Assembly (NCBI GenBank): GCA_964454565.1
Contig: CAYVTF010000002.1
Span: 71,270 to 135,269, forward strand
From: an uncultured Anaerolinea sp.
GTDB lineage: Bacteria > Chloroflexota > Anaerolineae > Anaerolineales > Anaerolineaceae
DNA length: 64,000 nt
Reading direction: 5' to 3'
The translations under genes and the position numbers were made by a program. Under the pieces are notes generated by a model that saw only the letters and a list, made by a program, of their open reading frames with translations, ran no database searches and was not told the origin of the DNA. This document shows, piece after piece, positions 25,767 through 35,561 of the stretch. Within the stretch, counting starts at the first letter, position 1. Every line of letters begins with the position of its first letter.

Positions 25767-27564
25767 TTGAAATCTCCTTTTCCAGTTCGTCCTCAATTCG
25801 CGTCTGGATGTTGAAGACCTGTCTGTATATCCCGTCACTGGCAATCAACGATTGGTGGTCGCCCTTTTCCACGATCCTGCCCTTGTCCATGACCAATATC
25901 TCATCGGCGTTGGTGATATTTTGAATACGATGGGCGATGATGAAAGTGGTTCGGTTCTTCATCAGGTTTTCAAGCGCTTCCCTGATCTCGGCCTCGGTTT
26001 CAGTATCGACGGATGAAGTGGAATCATCCAGGATGAGGATGCGCGGATTCTTGAGAATCGTTCGGGCAATGGTAATCCTCTGTTTTTGACCTCCCGAAAG
26101 CGTCACCCCGCGTTCTCCCACCAGGGTCTGGTATCCATCCTGGAAGGACAAAATCACGTCGTGAACAGCCGCTGCCCTGGCAGCCTTTTCGACTTCTTCG
26201 TCAGAAACCTCCCTGCCGACACCATAGGTGATGTTTTCGCGAATCGTGCGCGAGAAGAGGAATGGTTCCTGTTCTACGATTCCCACCTGCTGTCGCAGGT
26301 ACTTGCGCGGATAATGATTCAGTTCCACACCATCCAGCAGGACTTGACCGCCGGTGTACTCATAAAACCTGGGAATCAGGTTGACCAGGGTTGATTTGCC
26401 GGAGCCGGTGGAACCTAAAAGGGCAATTGCCTGGCCAGCACCGACTTTGAAGTTGATGTCCTCAAGTGTATGGTCACCGGGTTCGTACTCAAACCTGACA
26501 TCCCTGAATTCAAAATTTCCAACGAGGTTTCCCTCAGGAATATAATCACCGGCATCCAGTGGTTCCCTGGATTCTTTGATGATGTTCATTACCCGGTCAT
26601 AAGAGACGAGACCGGTCGACGTCTGGACGATGATCCTGCCCAGGTTGCGTAACGGCCAAATGATGTAAATCACCATGCCGGCGTATGCCAAGTAGGTTCC
26701 CAGTGTGATTTCGCCGTTGATCGCCATGATGGCACCGATGACATAACCTGCAAGCAGTTGGGCTCCGCAGAGAATATCAGATAGCGGCCAGAAAAGGGAC
26801 TGGGTGATGAGCAGTTTCTTGCCACGCGTAAACTTTTCCCAATTGTCTTTCTCGAATTTTTCCATTTCGTAAGACTGACGGGAAAAAGCCTTCACTACCC
26901 GTACTCCGGCGAGGTTTTCTTGCAGGGTTGTGGAAAGGATAGCTTCCTGTTCCTGGTAGGCTTCATATGCTTTTGAGACCTTCTTGAACAACACCACGGA
27001 GACCAACAGGATCAACGGGATGACGATGATGGAGTACAGGGCTAGCCGGCTGTTCAAGTTCAGCAAAGCGACGAAGTTGACGATGAATAGCAACAGGATC
27101 CTGCCAATGTTGATCGCCTGATCTGAGAAGAACCGGCGAAGTGCATCCACATCAGAAGTGGAGCGCTCGATCAGTTCACCGGTTTTGGTCTTTGAGTGAA
27201 ACGTGAAAGACAGGTGTTGAATGTGGTCGTAAAGGTAGTTGCGTAAGCGCCTGGCGATGCCTTCTGCGGTTTGAGAGGAAAGCACACCACTGAGAAAAGT
27301 AAACCCGCCTTCCACGATGGCAAGCCCCACAAAACCAAGAGCAATCCACACCAATGCGATTGACTCGTTTTCATCGATCAAATAAGTATCTACAAAGTAC
27401 CTGAGCAACAGAAATGTGGATGTCTTGGCGATGGCGGATACACCCAGGCTGGAAACAGCACCAAAAAATCGTAACCGGAACCCCTTCATAAGGCGCCACA
27501 ATCCTACCAGGCGGTTTTTTGATATTGTTGACTTGAGGTCGAGATCGTACAACACTTCAGACAT
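25756..27564 (-). CDS. ABC exporter, fused permease/ATPase subunit (heterodimer partner A)
   Basis: Walker A GSTGSGKST, signature LSGGQKQR, Walker B ILILDDSTS. Confidence 0.9.
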   Translation of the reverse strand: MSEVLYDLDLKSTISKNRLVGLWRLMKGFRLRFFGAVSSLGVSAIAKTSTFLLLRYFVDTYLIDENESIALVWIALGFVGLAIVEGGFTFLSGVLSSQTAEGIARRLRNYLYDHIQHLSFTFHSKTKTGELIERSTSDVDALRRFFSDQAINIGRILLLFIVNFVALLNLNSRLALYSIIVIPLILLVSVVLFKKVSKAYEAYQEQEAILSTTLQENLAGVRVVKAFSRQSYEMEKFEKDNWEKFTRGKKLLITQSLFWPLSDILCGAQLLAGYVIGAIMAINGEITLGTYLAYAGMVIYIIWPLRNLGRIIVQTSTGLVSYDRVMNIIKESREPLDAGDYIPEGNLVGNFEFRDVRFEYEPGDHTLEDINFKVGAGQAIALLGSTGSGKSTLVNLIPRFYEYTGGQVLLDGVELNHYPRKYLRQQVGIVEQEPFLFSRTIRENITYGVGREVSDEEVEKAARAAAVHDVILSFQDGYQTLVGERGVTLSGGQKQRITIARTILKNPRILILDDSTSSVDTETEAEIREALENLMKNRTTFIIAHRIQNITNADEILVMDKGRIVEKGDHQSLIASDGIYRQVFNIQTRIEDELEKEISSVG

Positions 27565-27618
27565 ATAGACCCATTTCTATTTCGAAAAAGTCATGAACAG
27601 CAACAAACCTTTATTCTA

Positions 27619-28440
27619 CTACTCTTCTGGATCTGGCTGACATTTAGGGCAGATGAAAGAGCTGGTGCTGCCTGTTTTGATCTTCTGAATAGGTGTTGCG
27701 CAGCGTGGGCAAGGCTGGGTCTCCCGGTAGCCAACCAGGATATCGTCCATCAAAAAATTCCCTTTTTGGCCAAAGAGGTTCAACTCATAGAATGCGCCGC
27801 CTTTTTCAAGACTTTTAATCAGGTTGGCATTTATCGAGTGAAATAGGTCGTCAATCTCTTGTGGGGATAATGAACTCAGAGTCCGGTTTGGATGCAAACC
27901 AGCCAGAAAGAGAATATCGTGAATGTAGGCATTCCCAATTCCTGCTATGAAGCTTTGGTGAAGAAGGGTTTGTTTAACGCGTGCACGCCCCTTTTGGGTG
28001 GAAAAGATGAAGCGAAATTGATCAAGCGACAGCGATAACACATCCGGTCCCAGCCGGGAGGTCATATTGTGATTATCCAGGTCACCAAGTTTCACAAAAT
28101 GCAGGTAACCAAACCACCAGAAATTAATGGACAGGCAGGTGGCATCTGAAAAACGGAATGTTGCCCGGTGTTTTGCAGGTAGATGATTTCCATCAATGAG
28201 TAGTATCTCGCCTCCCATTCCCAGGTTGATCAACAACCAACCCTTGGTCGTCTTGACCTTGATCCATTTGCCATGATGGCTCACTTCTTCGATCGTTGCT
28301 CCGGACAAAAAAGAGCAAAATTCATCCACTGGAAGGTTGAGTGATTTGGGCTGCAAAATCATGATTGATTCGATCATTTTTCCGGTGAGGGCAGCGTTCA
28401 TTTCTTTGGCACGGCTGGCAATTTCAGGGGTTTCGGGCAT
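27619..28440 (-). CDS. Fpg/Nei-family DNA glycosylase/AP lyase
   Basis: Start trimmed to MPETPEI (catalytic Pro2/Glu3 pattern). H2TH region and C-terminal zinc finger CPRC...CPKC. Confidence 0.8.
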   Translation of the reverse strand: MPETPEIASRAKEMNAALTGKMIESIMILQPKSLNLPVDEFCSFLSGATIEEVSHHGKWIKVKTTKGWLLINLGMGGEILLIDGNHLPAKHRATFRFSDATCLSINFWWFGYLHFVKLGDLDNHNMTSRLGPDVLSLSLDQFRFIFSTQKGRARVKQTLLHQSFIAGIGNAYIHDILFLAGLHPNRTLSSLSPQEIDDLFHSINANLIKSLEKGGAFYELNLFGQKGNFLMDDILVGYRETQPCPRCATPIQKIKTGSTSSFICPKCQPDPEE

Positions 28441-28578
28441 TTTTCCTCGCATCAGCAGTATTTTAACATGCCCATTTGACATCTGATGTTGTAATATCAC
28501 ATCTATAGAAAAATGTATCATTTTTAGAAAGATTGACATATAATATAGTCACTATATTCGTTCCGGGAGGAGGAAACA

Positions 28579-29694
28579 ATGGCTAGTGTCAAGTTTGACC
28601 ATGTAAAAAAGAAATTCGGTGATTTCACAGCAATTCAAGATTTTAATCTCGAGATCTACGACAAGGAATTTTTGGTGCTGGTTGGTCCCTCGGGTTGCGG
28701 AAAGACCACGGCCCTGCGCTGCCTGGCCGGGTTGGAAGAGGTAACCGCGGGAAAGATTTCCATCGATGACAAGATCGTAAATGATATCGCGCCGAAAGAC
28801 CGCGATATCGCCATGGTTTTTCAGTCGTACGCGCTGTACCCCCACATGACCGTCTACGATAACATGGCATTTGGTCTCAAGTTGCGCAAACTTCCCAAGG
28901 AAGAGATCCAGAAACGGGTGGAGAAATCCGCCAAAATTCTTGGAATCGAAGCGCTGTTGAAGCGGAAACCACGCGAATTATCTGGTGGTCAGCGACAGCG
29001 TGTTGCTCTTGGGCGTGCAATTGTGCGCGAGCCGAAAGTCTTCCTCCTGGATGAGCCGCTTTCAAACCTCGATGCCAAGCTGAGGGTTCAAACCCGGGCT
29101 GAGATCAGCAAGATCCACCACCAGCTCGGAACCACATTTGTTTATGTAACGCACGATCAGACAGAAGCCATGACCATGGCGAGCCGCATCGCCGTGATGA
29201 ACAAGGGTCTACTGCAGCAATTGGACACCCCACAGGTGTTATACGACAAACCCGCGAACCTTTTTGTTGCTGGCTTCATTGGAACACCAGCCATGAACTT
29301 CTTCAACATGAAGGTGGTAAAAGATGGAGATGACCTTTTTGTTGACAATGGCGAGTTCAAGATCAGAATCCCAACAGAAAAGAAAGCCACTTATAAACAC
29401 CTTGAGGGAAAGGATATCGTTTTTGGAATTAGGCCGGATGATATCCACAACCCGTTATTCTCTCCAGCCAACATCCACGGCGAGCACATTCAGGCCAAAG
29501 TTGATGTGGTGGAGTTGATGGGCAACGAGATCCTTGTCTACCTGGTAGGCGGTAAGGGTAGCACTTTCGTTGGGCGTGTGGATCCCCGTTCTCAGTACAC
29601 CATCGGTGAAATTGTGGATGTGATTGTGAACATGGACAATTGCCACATCTTCGATCCGTCGCTCGACCCGGATAATCCGGTTGCTGTACGGTAA
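28579..29694 (+). CDS. ABC transporter ATP-binding protein, MalK/UgpC/MsmK type
   Basis: Walker A GPSGCGKTT, LSGGQRQRVALGRA, Walker B LLDEPLSNLD, and a C-terminal TOBE-like regulatory domain. No cognate permease adjacent. Confidence 0.9.
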   Translation: MASVKFDHVKKKFGDFTAIQDFNLEIYDKEFLVLVGPSGCGKTTALRCLAGLEEVTAGKISIDDKIVNDIAPKDRDIAMVFQSYALYPHMTVYDNMAFGLKLRKLPKEEIQKRVEKSAKILGIEALLKRKPRELSGGQRQRVALGRAIVREPKVFLLDEPLSNLDAKLRVQTRAEISKIHHQLGTTFVYVTHDQTEAMTMASRIAVMNKGLLQQLDTPQVLYDKPANLFVAGFIGTPAMNFFNMKVVKDGDDLFVDNGEFKIRIPTEKKATYKHLEGKDIVFGIRPDDIHNPLFSPANIHGEHIQAKVDVVELMGNEILVYLVGGKGSTFVGRVDPRSQYTIGEIVDVIVNMDNCHIFDPSLDPDNPVAVR

Positions 29695-29716
29695 AATTCG
29701 TAAATATTCGCTTTTC

Positions 29717-29745
29717 TGTAGCGCAAGGTTAATTCTTGCGCTACA
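29717..29745 (+). terminator. intrinsic terminator after the MalK-like gene
   Basis: Perfect 11-bp stem TGTAGCGCAAG/CTTGCGCTACA with a 7-nt loop, followed by TATTT. Confidence 0.6.
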
Positions 29746-29783
29746 TATTTAAAACGTGAAACAGGATGGAAAGGAAAAAAGAA

Positions 29784-30530
29784 ATGCATAAAATCGTTTT
29801 ACTCAGGCATGGCGAAAGCCATTGGAACAAGGAAAACCGTTTCACCGGTTGGACAGATGTGGACCTGACCGAAAAAGGTGAGGAAGAAGCCCGGTCTGCT
29901 GGAAAGCTGATGAAGGAAGCTGGATTTGATTTTGATGTCGCGTTTACTTCTGTGCTGACCCGTGCAGTCCGCACTTTGTGGCTGGCGTTGGAAAAAATGG
30001 ACCTGGTCTGGATTCCCGTCATCAATTCCTGGCGCCTGAATGAGCGGCATTACGGTGCTTTGCAGGGATTAAATAAGGCAGAAACAGCCCAGAAATTTGG
30101 TGATGAGCAGGTGTTGATCTGGCGCCGGAGTTATGATACCCAGCCACCTTCGTTGACGACGGACGATGAGCGTTACCCGGGCAAAGACAGACGGTACACT
30201 GATTTGACGGCAGATGAGCTTCCACTGACCGAATGTTTGAAAGACACTGTTGCCAGGTTCCTGCCATATTGGCACGACACCATCGTCCCAGTGATCAAGT
30301 CCGGTAAGCGGGTGTTGATCGTAGCTCATGGCAACAGCCTGCGGGCACTGGTTAAATACCTGGATAACGTATCCGAAAAAGAGATCGTTGACCTGAATAT
30401 CCCGACCGGAGTTCCCCTGGTTTATGAGTTGGATGATGATTTGAAACCAGTCAAGAGTTACTACCTGGGGGATCCTGAAGAAGCCCGAAAAAAAGCAGAA
30501 GCGGTTGCCAACCAGGCAAAACAAAAGTAA
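29784..30530 (+). CDS. gpmA: 2,3-bisphosphoglycerate-dependent phosphoglycerate mutase
   Basis: [18 protein letters not shown] catalytic His motif and the AHGNSLRAL second His motif. Start chosen at ATG 29784 ([12 protein letters not shown]); ATG 29766 is possible. Confidence 0.92.
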   Translation: MHKIVLLRHGESHWNKENRFTGWTDVDLTEKGEEEARSAGKLMKEAGFDFDVAFTSVLTRAVRTLWLALEKMDLVWIPVINSWRLNERHYGALQGLNKAETAQKFGDEQVLIWRRSYDTQPPSLTTDDERYPGKDRRYTDLTADELPLTECLKDTVARFLPYWHDTIVPVIKSGKRVLIVAHGNSLRALVKYLDNVSEKEIVDLNIPTGVPLVYELDDDLKPVKSYYLGDPEEARKKAEAVANQAKQK

Positions 30531-30551
30531 CCAACGAAATTAGATTGTGAG

Positions 30552-30584
30552 AAATCGGTTGAATTGATAAGATTCAGCCGATTT
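30552..30584 (+). terminator. intrinsic terminator after gpmA (overlaps 3' end of convergent gene)
   Basis: 13-bp stem AAATCGGTTGAAT/ATTCAGCCGATTT (one G-U) followed by TTTTTGTTTT. Confidence 0.65.
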
Positions 30585-31251
30585 TTTGTTTTCGAGCGGC
30601 TAACCGGTTGCCACCGAGTGCGAAAATCACAGCCATGACGAGGGTGAAAACACCCATGAAGATGAAAGCATCTGACCATAGTTTTTCCGGGAAGAGACGG
30701 ATCAAAGTGTCGGATGTGTAAAACAACCAGGAATCACCCTGGAAGAAAATCGCGTGAAACCCCGCAAAAAGCGCATCAAAGTCGATTACCACAGCTGCCA
30801 AAATTGCTACGATGAGACCAATGGTCAACCAACCACCAGTTGACATCGCTCTCCAAAACTGAGGGATCTGTTTTGTGCGCCATGAAAGTAAGGTCATCAA
30901 TCCAAACAAAACAAGTAGTCCGTACCAAACTTTTAGCCCGGCCTGCACCAGGTTCTTCACATCCACCATGTGGCTTAATTCCCGTTCGTTGTACAAAGGT
31001 TCGCCGTTTTTAAACCGCAAATTACCCAGGAATTCGCTTCCTTCAGTGTTAGTCAGATAATCCAGGGAGATTTTTCCCCATTTAAGCCTGTCGGCGGTTG
31101 TAAACCCGAACTCATCTGGTGGAAAATTCGCCAGCCCATATTCAAGGTCCAGGAAAAGCGGATTGAACAGGAGTCTGATGGAGGTTAGGAGCAACAATAG
31201 CGGTATCAGTAGCGAGAGCAACACCAATAACATTTTTTGTAGAATCTTCAT
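30574..31251 (-). CDS. TIGR01906/DUF1461-family integral membrane protein
   Basis: 225 aa with an N-terminal TM, a central ERELSHMVDVKNL motif typical of the family, and C-terminal TM helices. Confidence 0.7.
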   Translation of the reverse strand: MKILQKMLLVLLSLLIPLLLLLTSIRLLFNPLFLDLEYGLANFPPDEFGFTTADRLKWGKISLDYLTNTEGSEFLGNLRFKNGEPLYNERELSHMVDVKNLVQAGLKVWYGLLVLFGLMTLLSWRTKQIPQFWRAMSTGGWLTIGLIVAILAAVVIDFDALFAGFHAIFFQGDSWLFYTSDTLIRLFPEKLWSDAFIFMGVFTLVMAVIFALGGNRLAARKQKIG

Positions 31252-32810
31252 TTTAGTGAGTCCATCCCGTCAGATAGAATAAAATTTAAAATTATTGAGT
31301 TCGTCAAACCTTCCACAGGGGCGAGGTCATCTGTGAACACGACCCCTTCAGGGGGATCAGGTTGCAGACCAGCATATGTGGCTGCCATCACTTCCAGAAG
31401 CATCTCCGGAGATTGATCGTCATTGTCCAACTGCATGTAATTCTGAAGAAGATTCTCCAGGGTTGTCGCCTGCCTGGTGGCGAAGAGGATGGAATTGAAC
31501 GATCCGGAAATATCGGTGACGTAGATGGTGGGAAACACGGTTTTAATGGTGCTCGCCAGGGCATTGATCAGGCGCCGGTCGGTGGGTCCCCGACCGACAT
31601 TGATCACCATCACGCCATCCTCGTTGAGGTGGTCATAAACCGTCTGAAAGAACTCGCGCGTGGTCATGTGCCAGGGGATGTAGGGCGGGCGATAGGCATC
31701 CACGCTGATGATGTCATAATTCTGGTCGCTTTTCTCGAGAGCCCATCGGCCATCCTGAATGATTACGTTCAAATTCTGGTCGTTCATTTCAAAGTACCGT
31801 TGTCCTACGGTCACAATTTCCGGGTCAATTTCAATACCGTCGATCACCACTTCAGGAAACACTGCGAAGGCTGTGCGAGCGGTGGTACCCGCAGCCAACC
31901 CGACGATTGCAATCCGTTTGATGTCACCGGGTTTTTTGGGGGCGGGGTTGAAGAATGGGGCTGCCAGCACTTGTTCCCAGGGACCGTTGGTATTCAATAC
32001 AGTAGGGTGATAGATTGAGTGAATTCCCTGACCTTCGTTCAACCTCAGGTAGCGGAAATCTCCATCCTGGATGACCTGGATGTAATTGTAGCTGGAGTCA
32101 GTTTCGTAGATCAAACCGGTCGTGTTCTTATCTGTCCCCCTGGTTCCGATGATGAAAAGCAGGAGAATTACAAAAGGCATCCAAATATAAGGCAGGAGAG
32201 CTTTGAACTTTCCTATCAGGTACAAGCCCAACAGGGAAAAGAACAAAAGGATGCTGCCAATGACCAGGAATGTGCGGTAGGTGCCCACCATCGGGATTAA
32301 AACCAGCACCGGAAGGAATGACCCGGCAAATGAACCCAGGGTGGATATCGCGTAAATTCTGCCTGAGATTTTTCCTGCATGCTGGGCATCCTGGATACAG
32401 AGCCGGATGGCAAAAGGCGACGCCATTCCCAGCAGGGACACTGGAATGATGAACAGGATCATCACGGAGGTGAAGGAACCAACTAGTACACCGAGTTCCA
32501 ACGCATCGAAAGCGTTGGCAGCCAGCCTGAGGATTGGCCTGGATATGAGCGGAATCAAACTTATTGAAAGCGCGGCCCAGGAAAGGATCTTAAAAAGGGT
32601 TTCGTACTTTGGCGAACGGTCTGCCCATGCACCGCCGATGAAATACCCCACTGTCAGGTAAATGAGGATCAACCCGATGATGCTTGCCCAAACCAGGTTG
32701 CTCGTACCAAAGTAGTTGCCTAATAAACGGGAAGCAGCAAACTCAACCGCGAGGGAGGCCATGCCGGAAACAAAGACAACGATGTAAATGTATTTCCGCA
32801 TGGCAATCAT
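31248..32810 (-). CDS. fused polytopic membrane domain / spermidine-synthase-like aminopropyltransferase
   Basis: ~210-aa multi-TM N-terminus, then a class-I MTase-fold spermine/spermidine synthase pattern (IAIVGLAAGT, DIISVDAY). ATGA overlap with the downstream gene. Confidence 0.8.
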   Translation of the reverse strand: MIAMRKYIYIVVFVSGMASLAVEFAASRLLGNYFGTSNLVWASIIGLILIYLTVGYFIGGAWADRSPKYETLFKILSWAALSISLIPLISRPILRLAANAFDALELGVLVGSFTSVMILFIIPVSLLGMASPFAIRLCIQDAQHAGKISGRIYAISTLGSFAGSFLPVLVLIPMVGTYRTFLVIGSILLFFSLLGLYLIGKFKALLPYIWMPFVILLLFIIGTRGTDKNTTGLIYETDSSYNYIQVIQDGDFRYLRLNEGQGIHSIYHPTVLNTNGPWEQVLAAPFFNPAPKKPGDIKRIAIVGLAAGTTARTAFAVFPEVVIDGIEIDPEIVTVGQRYFEMNDQNLNVIIQDGRWALEKSDQNYDIISVDAYRPPYIPWHMTTREFFQTVYDHLNEDGVMVINVGRGPTDRRLINALASTIKTVFPTIYVTDISGSFNSILFATRQATTLENLLQNYMQLDNDDQSPEMLLEVMAATYAGLQPDPPEGVVFTDDLAPVEGLTNSIILNFILSDGMDSLK

Positions 32811-32876
32811 TATACTTGAAACTAATTTTCAACCATCCTTTCATCAGAGTTGTATAATCATCCTGAAGGAGCATTG

Positions 32877-34481
32877 ATGAGAGCCATTTCGGTGCAGGAT
32901 ATGAAGAAAATGGAAGTTGCTGCCAACGCGGTTGGTTACTCCTACCAGGAAATGATGCTGCGGGCAGGCAAAGGGATTGCTAACCTGGTTCTTGCCAGAT
33001 TTCGCGAAATCGGGATAGAGTCAGCCATTGGATTAGTCGGGGGTGGCAACAACGGCGGTGATGCGCTCATCGCCCTGACTGAATTGTCCAAAAAGGGGTG
33101 GAATTGCGGGGCTGTATTGCTTGGTACCCGTAAGAAGGATGACCCTCAATTGGCCGACTTCCTTTCTGCTGGCGGAACAATCACCAGCATTTCTGATGTG
33201 ATGTCTGAAGGGCAGAAGTTGGTCTCTGTAACTGTGTTATTGGATGGAATCTATGGAACCGGGTTTCGCCCTCCGCTGCCGGAGGAGGTGCAAGGTGCTT
33301 TGAGATTGGTTGCTGATTTTTGGGAAGAATCGCGGATTGTTGCGGTGGATTGTCCTTCCGGGGTTGACTGCCAGACGGGTGAAGTAAGCTCCGGGACGCT
33401 CAAGGCTGGTCTGACCATCTGCCTGGATTCCATAAAGCTGGGAATGTTGAAGGAACCGGCGATAGGGATCTGCGGGGAATTTGAGGTGGTAGACCTTGAT
33501 CTGGCCAGGTTTTCACCTGAAATAGGTTCGAAAAGTATGCTGGTCATCGATAAACAGGCAGTCAATAAAACGCTTCCAATCAGGTCAGATATTGCTCACA
33601 AGGGAACTTTTGGAAAAGTGATCGTTGTTGGGGGGTGTACCAACTTTACCGGCGCACCGGTTCTAGCAGGCAGGGGGGCTTACGCCATGGGGACTGGACT
33701 GGTGCAGGTAGCAGCGCCGGAGATCATTCAGCGGTGCTGTGCCGGGGGAAACCTGGAAATGACCTGGTTGATTTTGGATGACGTGGACGGTGTCATCTCC
33801 GAGCCTGCAGCAGACACCATTTTCTCTCATCTTGAAGGGGCGTCCGCCCTGGTCATTGGACCAGGAATTGGGCGAGAGGATACTACCAGGAGGTTCATCC
33901 AACGTCTCCTTTTTGAAGGCAATGCAGCGGGAATGACGAAAAGTATGGGTTTTGCCGGAATGGTCGCCAAAGACCAAGGCAAAAAGGAAGCGAAACTACC
34001 TCCTGCCGTTCTGGATGCAGATGCGTTGACCATGCTGGCAGGTGAAAAGGATTGGACAACCAGGATTAAAACAAAAATGGTACTCACTCCTCATCCAGGT
34101 GAGATGAGCCGGTTAACTGGGCTATCTATCCAGGAAATTCAAGAAAAGAGGGTGGAGGTAACCAACAACTTCGCCTCGAAGTGGAACCAGACTATTGTAC
34201 TGAAGGGTCCGGGGACTGTTATCGCGGATGGAGACGGAAGAGTAGCCATTCTCCCAATGGCAACTTCCGCGTTGGCGAAGGGTGGAACCGGGGACGTGTT
34301 GGCAGGGATGATCGGCGGGTTGCTGGCACAGGGGCTTACAGGGTTTGACGCAGCAATGTGCGCATGCTGGCTGCATGCGCAGGCAGGGGTCGTGGCGGCC
34401 GGGAGATTAGGGGCTCCAGAAGTCGTACTGGCTTCTGATGTGATTGCTGCCATTCCTGCAGCCTATCAACATTTGATATAG
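32877..34481 (+). CDS. nnr: bifunctional NAD(P)H-hydrate repair enzyme (epimerase + ADP-dependent dehydratase)
   Basis: N-terminal YjeF_N (GGGNNGGDAL) and C-terminal carbohydrate-kinase domain (GGTGDVLAGMIG). Start at ATG 32877 with SD GAAGGAG. Confidence 0.9.
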   Translation: MRAISVQDMKKMEVAANAVGYSYQEMMLRAGKGIANLVLARFREIGIESAIGLVGGGNNGGDALIALTELSKKGWNCGAVLLGTRKKDDPQLADFLSAGGTITSISDVMSEGQKLVSVTVLLDGIYGTGFRPPLPEEVQGALRLVADFWEESRIVAVDCPSGVDCQTGEVSSGTLKAGLTICLDSIKLGMLKEPAIGICGEFEVVDLDLARFSPEIGSKSMLVIDKQAVNKTLPIRSDIAHKGTFGKVIVVGGCTNFTGAPVLAGRGAYAMGTGLVQVAAPEIIQRCCAGGNLEMTWLILDDVDGVISEPAADTIFSHLEGASALVIGPGIGREDTTRRFIQRLLFEGNAAGMTKSMGFAGMVAKDQGKKEAKLPPAVLDADALTMLAGEKDWTTRIKTKMVLTPHPGEMSRLTGLSIQEIQEKRVEVTNNFASKWNQTIVLKGPGTVIADGDGRVAILPMATSALAKGGTGDVLAGMIGGLLAQGLTGFDAAMCACWLHAQAGVVAAGRLGAPEVVLASDVIAAIPAAYQHLI

Positions 34482-34483
34482 AA

Positions 34484-34514
34484 GTAGCCCTCCTAAACGT
34501 CCAAGGAGGGCTAC
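34484..34514. terminator. bidirectional hairpin between convergent nnr and ytxH-like gene
   Basis: Perfect 10-bp stem GTAGCCCTCC/GGAGGGCTAC with an 11-nt loop. Confidence 0.55.
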
Positions 34515-34530
34515 AAACTTTATTGCGAAA

Positions 34531-34854
34531 TTACTCGGCTGCGGCTTTCTTGGCAGGTTTTTCGCCTTCCAGGATCACCTGTCCTTTTTTCAGTGCTTCA
34601 GTCGCCTTTGTTTTTGTCTCCTGCACAACTGTTTGCACCTTGGCAGCCTGGTCTTTTGTGAAGACCTCTGCTTTGGAGTAGACGTCACCTGCTGTCTCTA
34701 CCGTTTTATCCTTGAGTTCAATGGCCTTGTCCTTAATGATCGCCCGTGTTTCTTCTCCCTTGGTTGGGGCATAGAGAAGAGCAACAACGGCACCAGTTAA
34801 GCCACCGACGAGAAAACCAACAAGAAAAGCACCAAAGTTATCGCTGTCTGACAT
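34531..34854 (-). CDS. YtxH-domain protein (general-stress-like)
   Basis: GAFLVGFLVGGLTGAVVALLYAPTKGEETR is the YtxH signature, followed by a charged helical tail. Confidence 0.82.
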   Translation of the reverse strand: MSDSDNFGAFLVGFLVGGLTGAVVALLYAPTKGEETRAIIKDKAIELKDKTVETAGDVYSKAEVFTKDQAAKVQTVVQETKTKATEALKKGQVILEGEKPAKKAAAE

Positions 34855-34877
34855 TTTTATATCTCCTTTTCTAAATG

Positions 34878-35333
34878 TTATTTTCTGAATAGACCGATGA
34901 GTTCCAATACTTTTCTCACTCCGGCCATCGAGCTGTTTAATTTGATTACTGGAGTGGCAAGATTGTCACTCAGAAAAGCTGTTGTTCCTTTGAGCGTGTT
35001 CACGGTTTCGCTGGTGGATTCCAGGATCGGTTTTATCTCGTTCTGCAGCAGGTTGATCAGCGCCGCGATCTGAATGACCAACACCACTAGTGCCGCCCCG
35101 ATGACAATGGACTCCAGGGCGATCAGAATGATGAAGATATCCCGAACCTGGGCAGTGGTGTCTGCGCCTGATTTTGAGAGAAAAACGATCCCCGTGATGA
35201 TCAATCCCAGGACAAGGGCGGCGATGAGAATGAAAAACCAGGTCTTCTTCTTTTCATTCTGGTGGGTTACTTCTGGCGCATCAGGCGGCAATTCGCTTTC
35301 CAACTCAACGTGAATGGTTTCTTCGTCGCTCAT
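34878..35333 (-). CDS. membrane protein, possibly DUF948-like
   Basis: 151 aa with an acidic N-terminus, two TM helices and a helical C-terminus. Paired with the YtxH gene, as DUF948/YtxH pairs often are. Family call is tentative. Confidence 0.55.
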   Translation of the reverse strand: MSDEETIHVELESELPPDAPEVTHQNEKKKTWFFILIAALVLGLIITGIVFLSKSGADTTAQVRDIFIILIALESIVIGAALVVLVIQIAALINLLQNEIKPILESTSETVNTLKGTTAFLSDNLATPVIKLNSSMAGVRKVLELIGLFRK

Positions 35334-35561
35334 AGTAAAAATATTATAGCATAGTCAACCTTGTCAATGACAAGTTCATGAAAGGTGATCCAAGACCCGT
35401 GTAGAAGGTTACACAATTATTTGATTATTCTGCAAAGTGGATCGTTGTTATGCGGGCTTCGTCAAGAATTGTTTGCTTGATTGTCTCGTTCGTGTTAATA
35501 TTAACGGTTGCGGATAGCTGGCGACCAAGTCTCAGACAAAACAAGCTAATCGACTGCAGAG

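Noticed and set aside
25767-25844. 89-nt overlap between the two ABC exporter genes implied by the ORF track
   Set aside because: An in-frame GTG at 25766 with a GGAGA SD gives an 11-nt overlap, typical of coupled heterodimeric exporters. The long N-terminal extension is probably not translated.
31362-32018. 218-aa ORF antisense within the spermidine-synthase-like gene
   Set aside because: It is antisense to a motif-supported CDS and has no independent signals.
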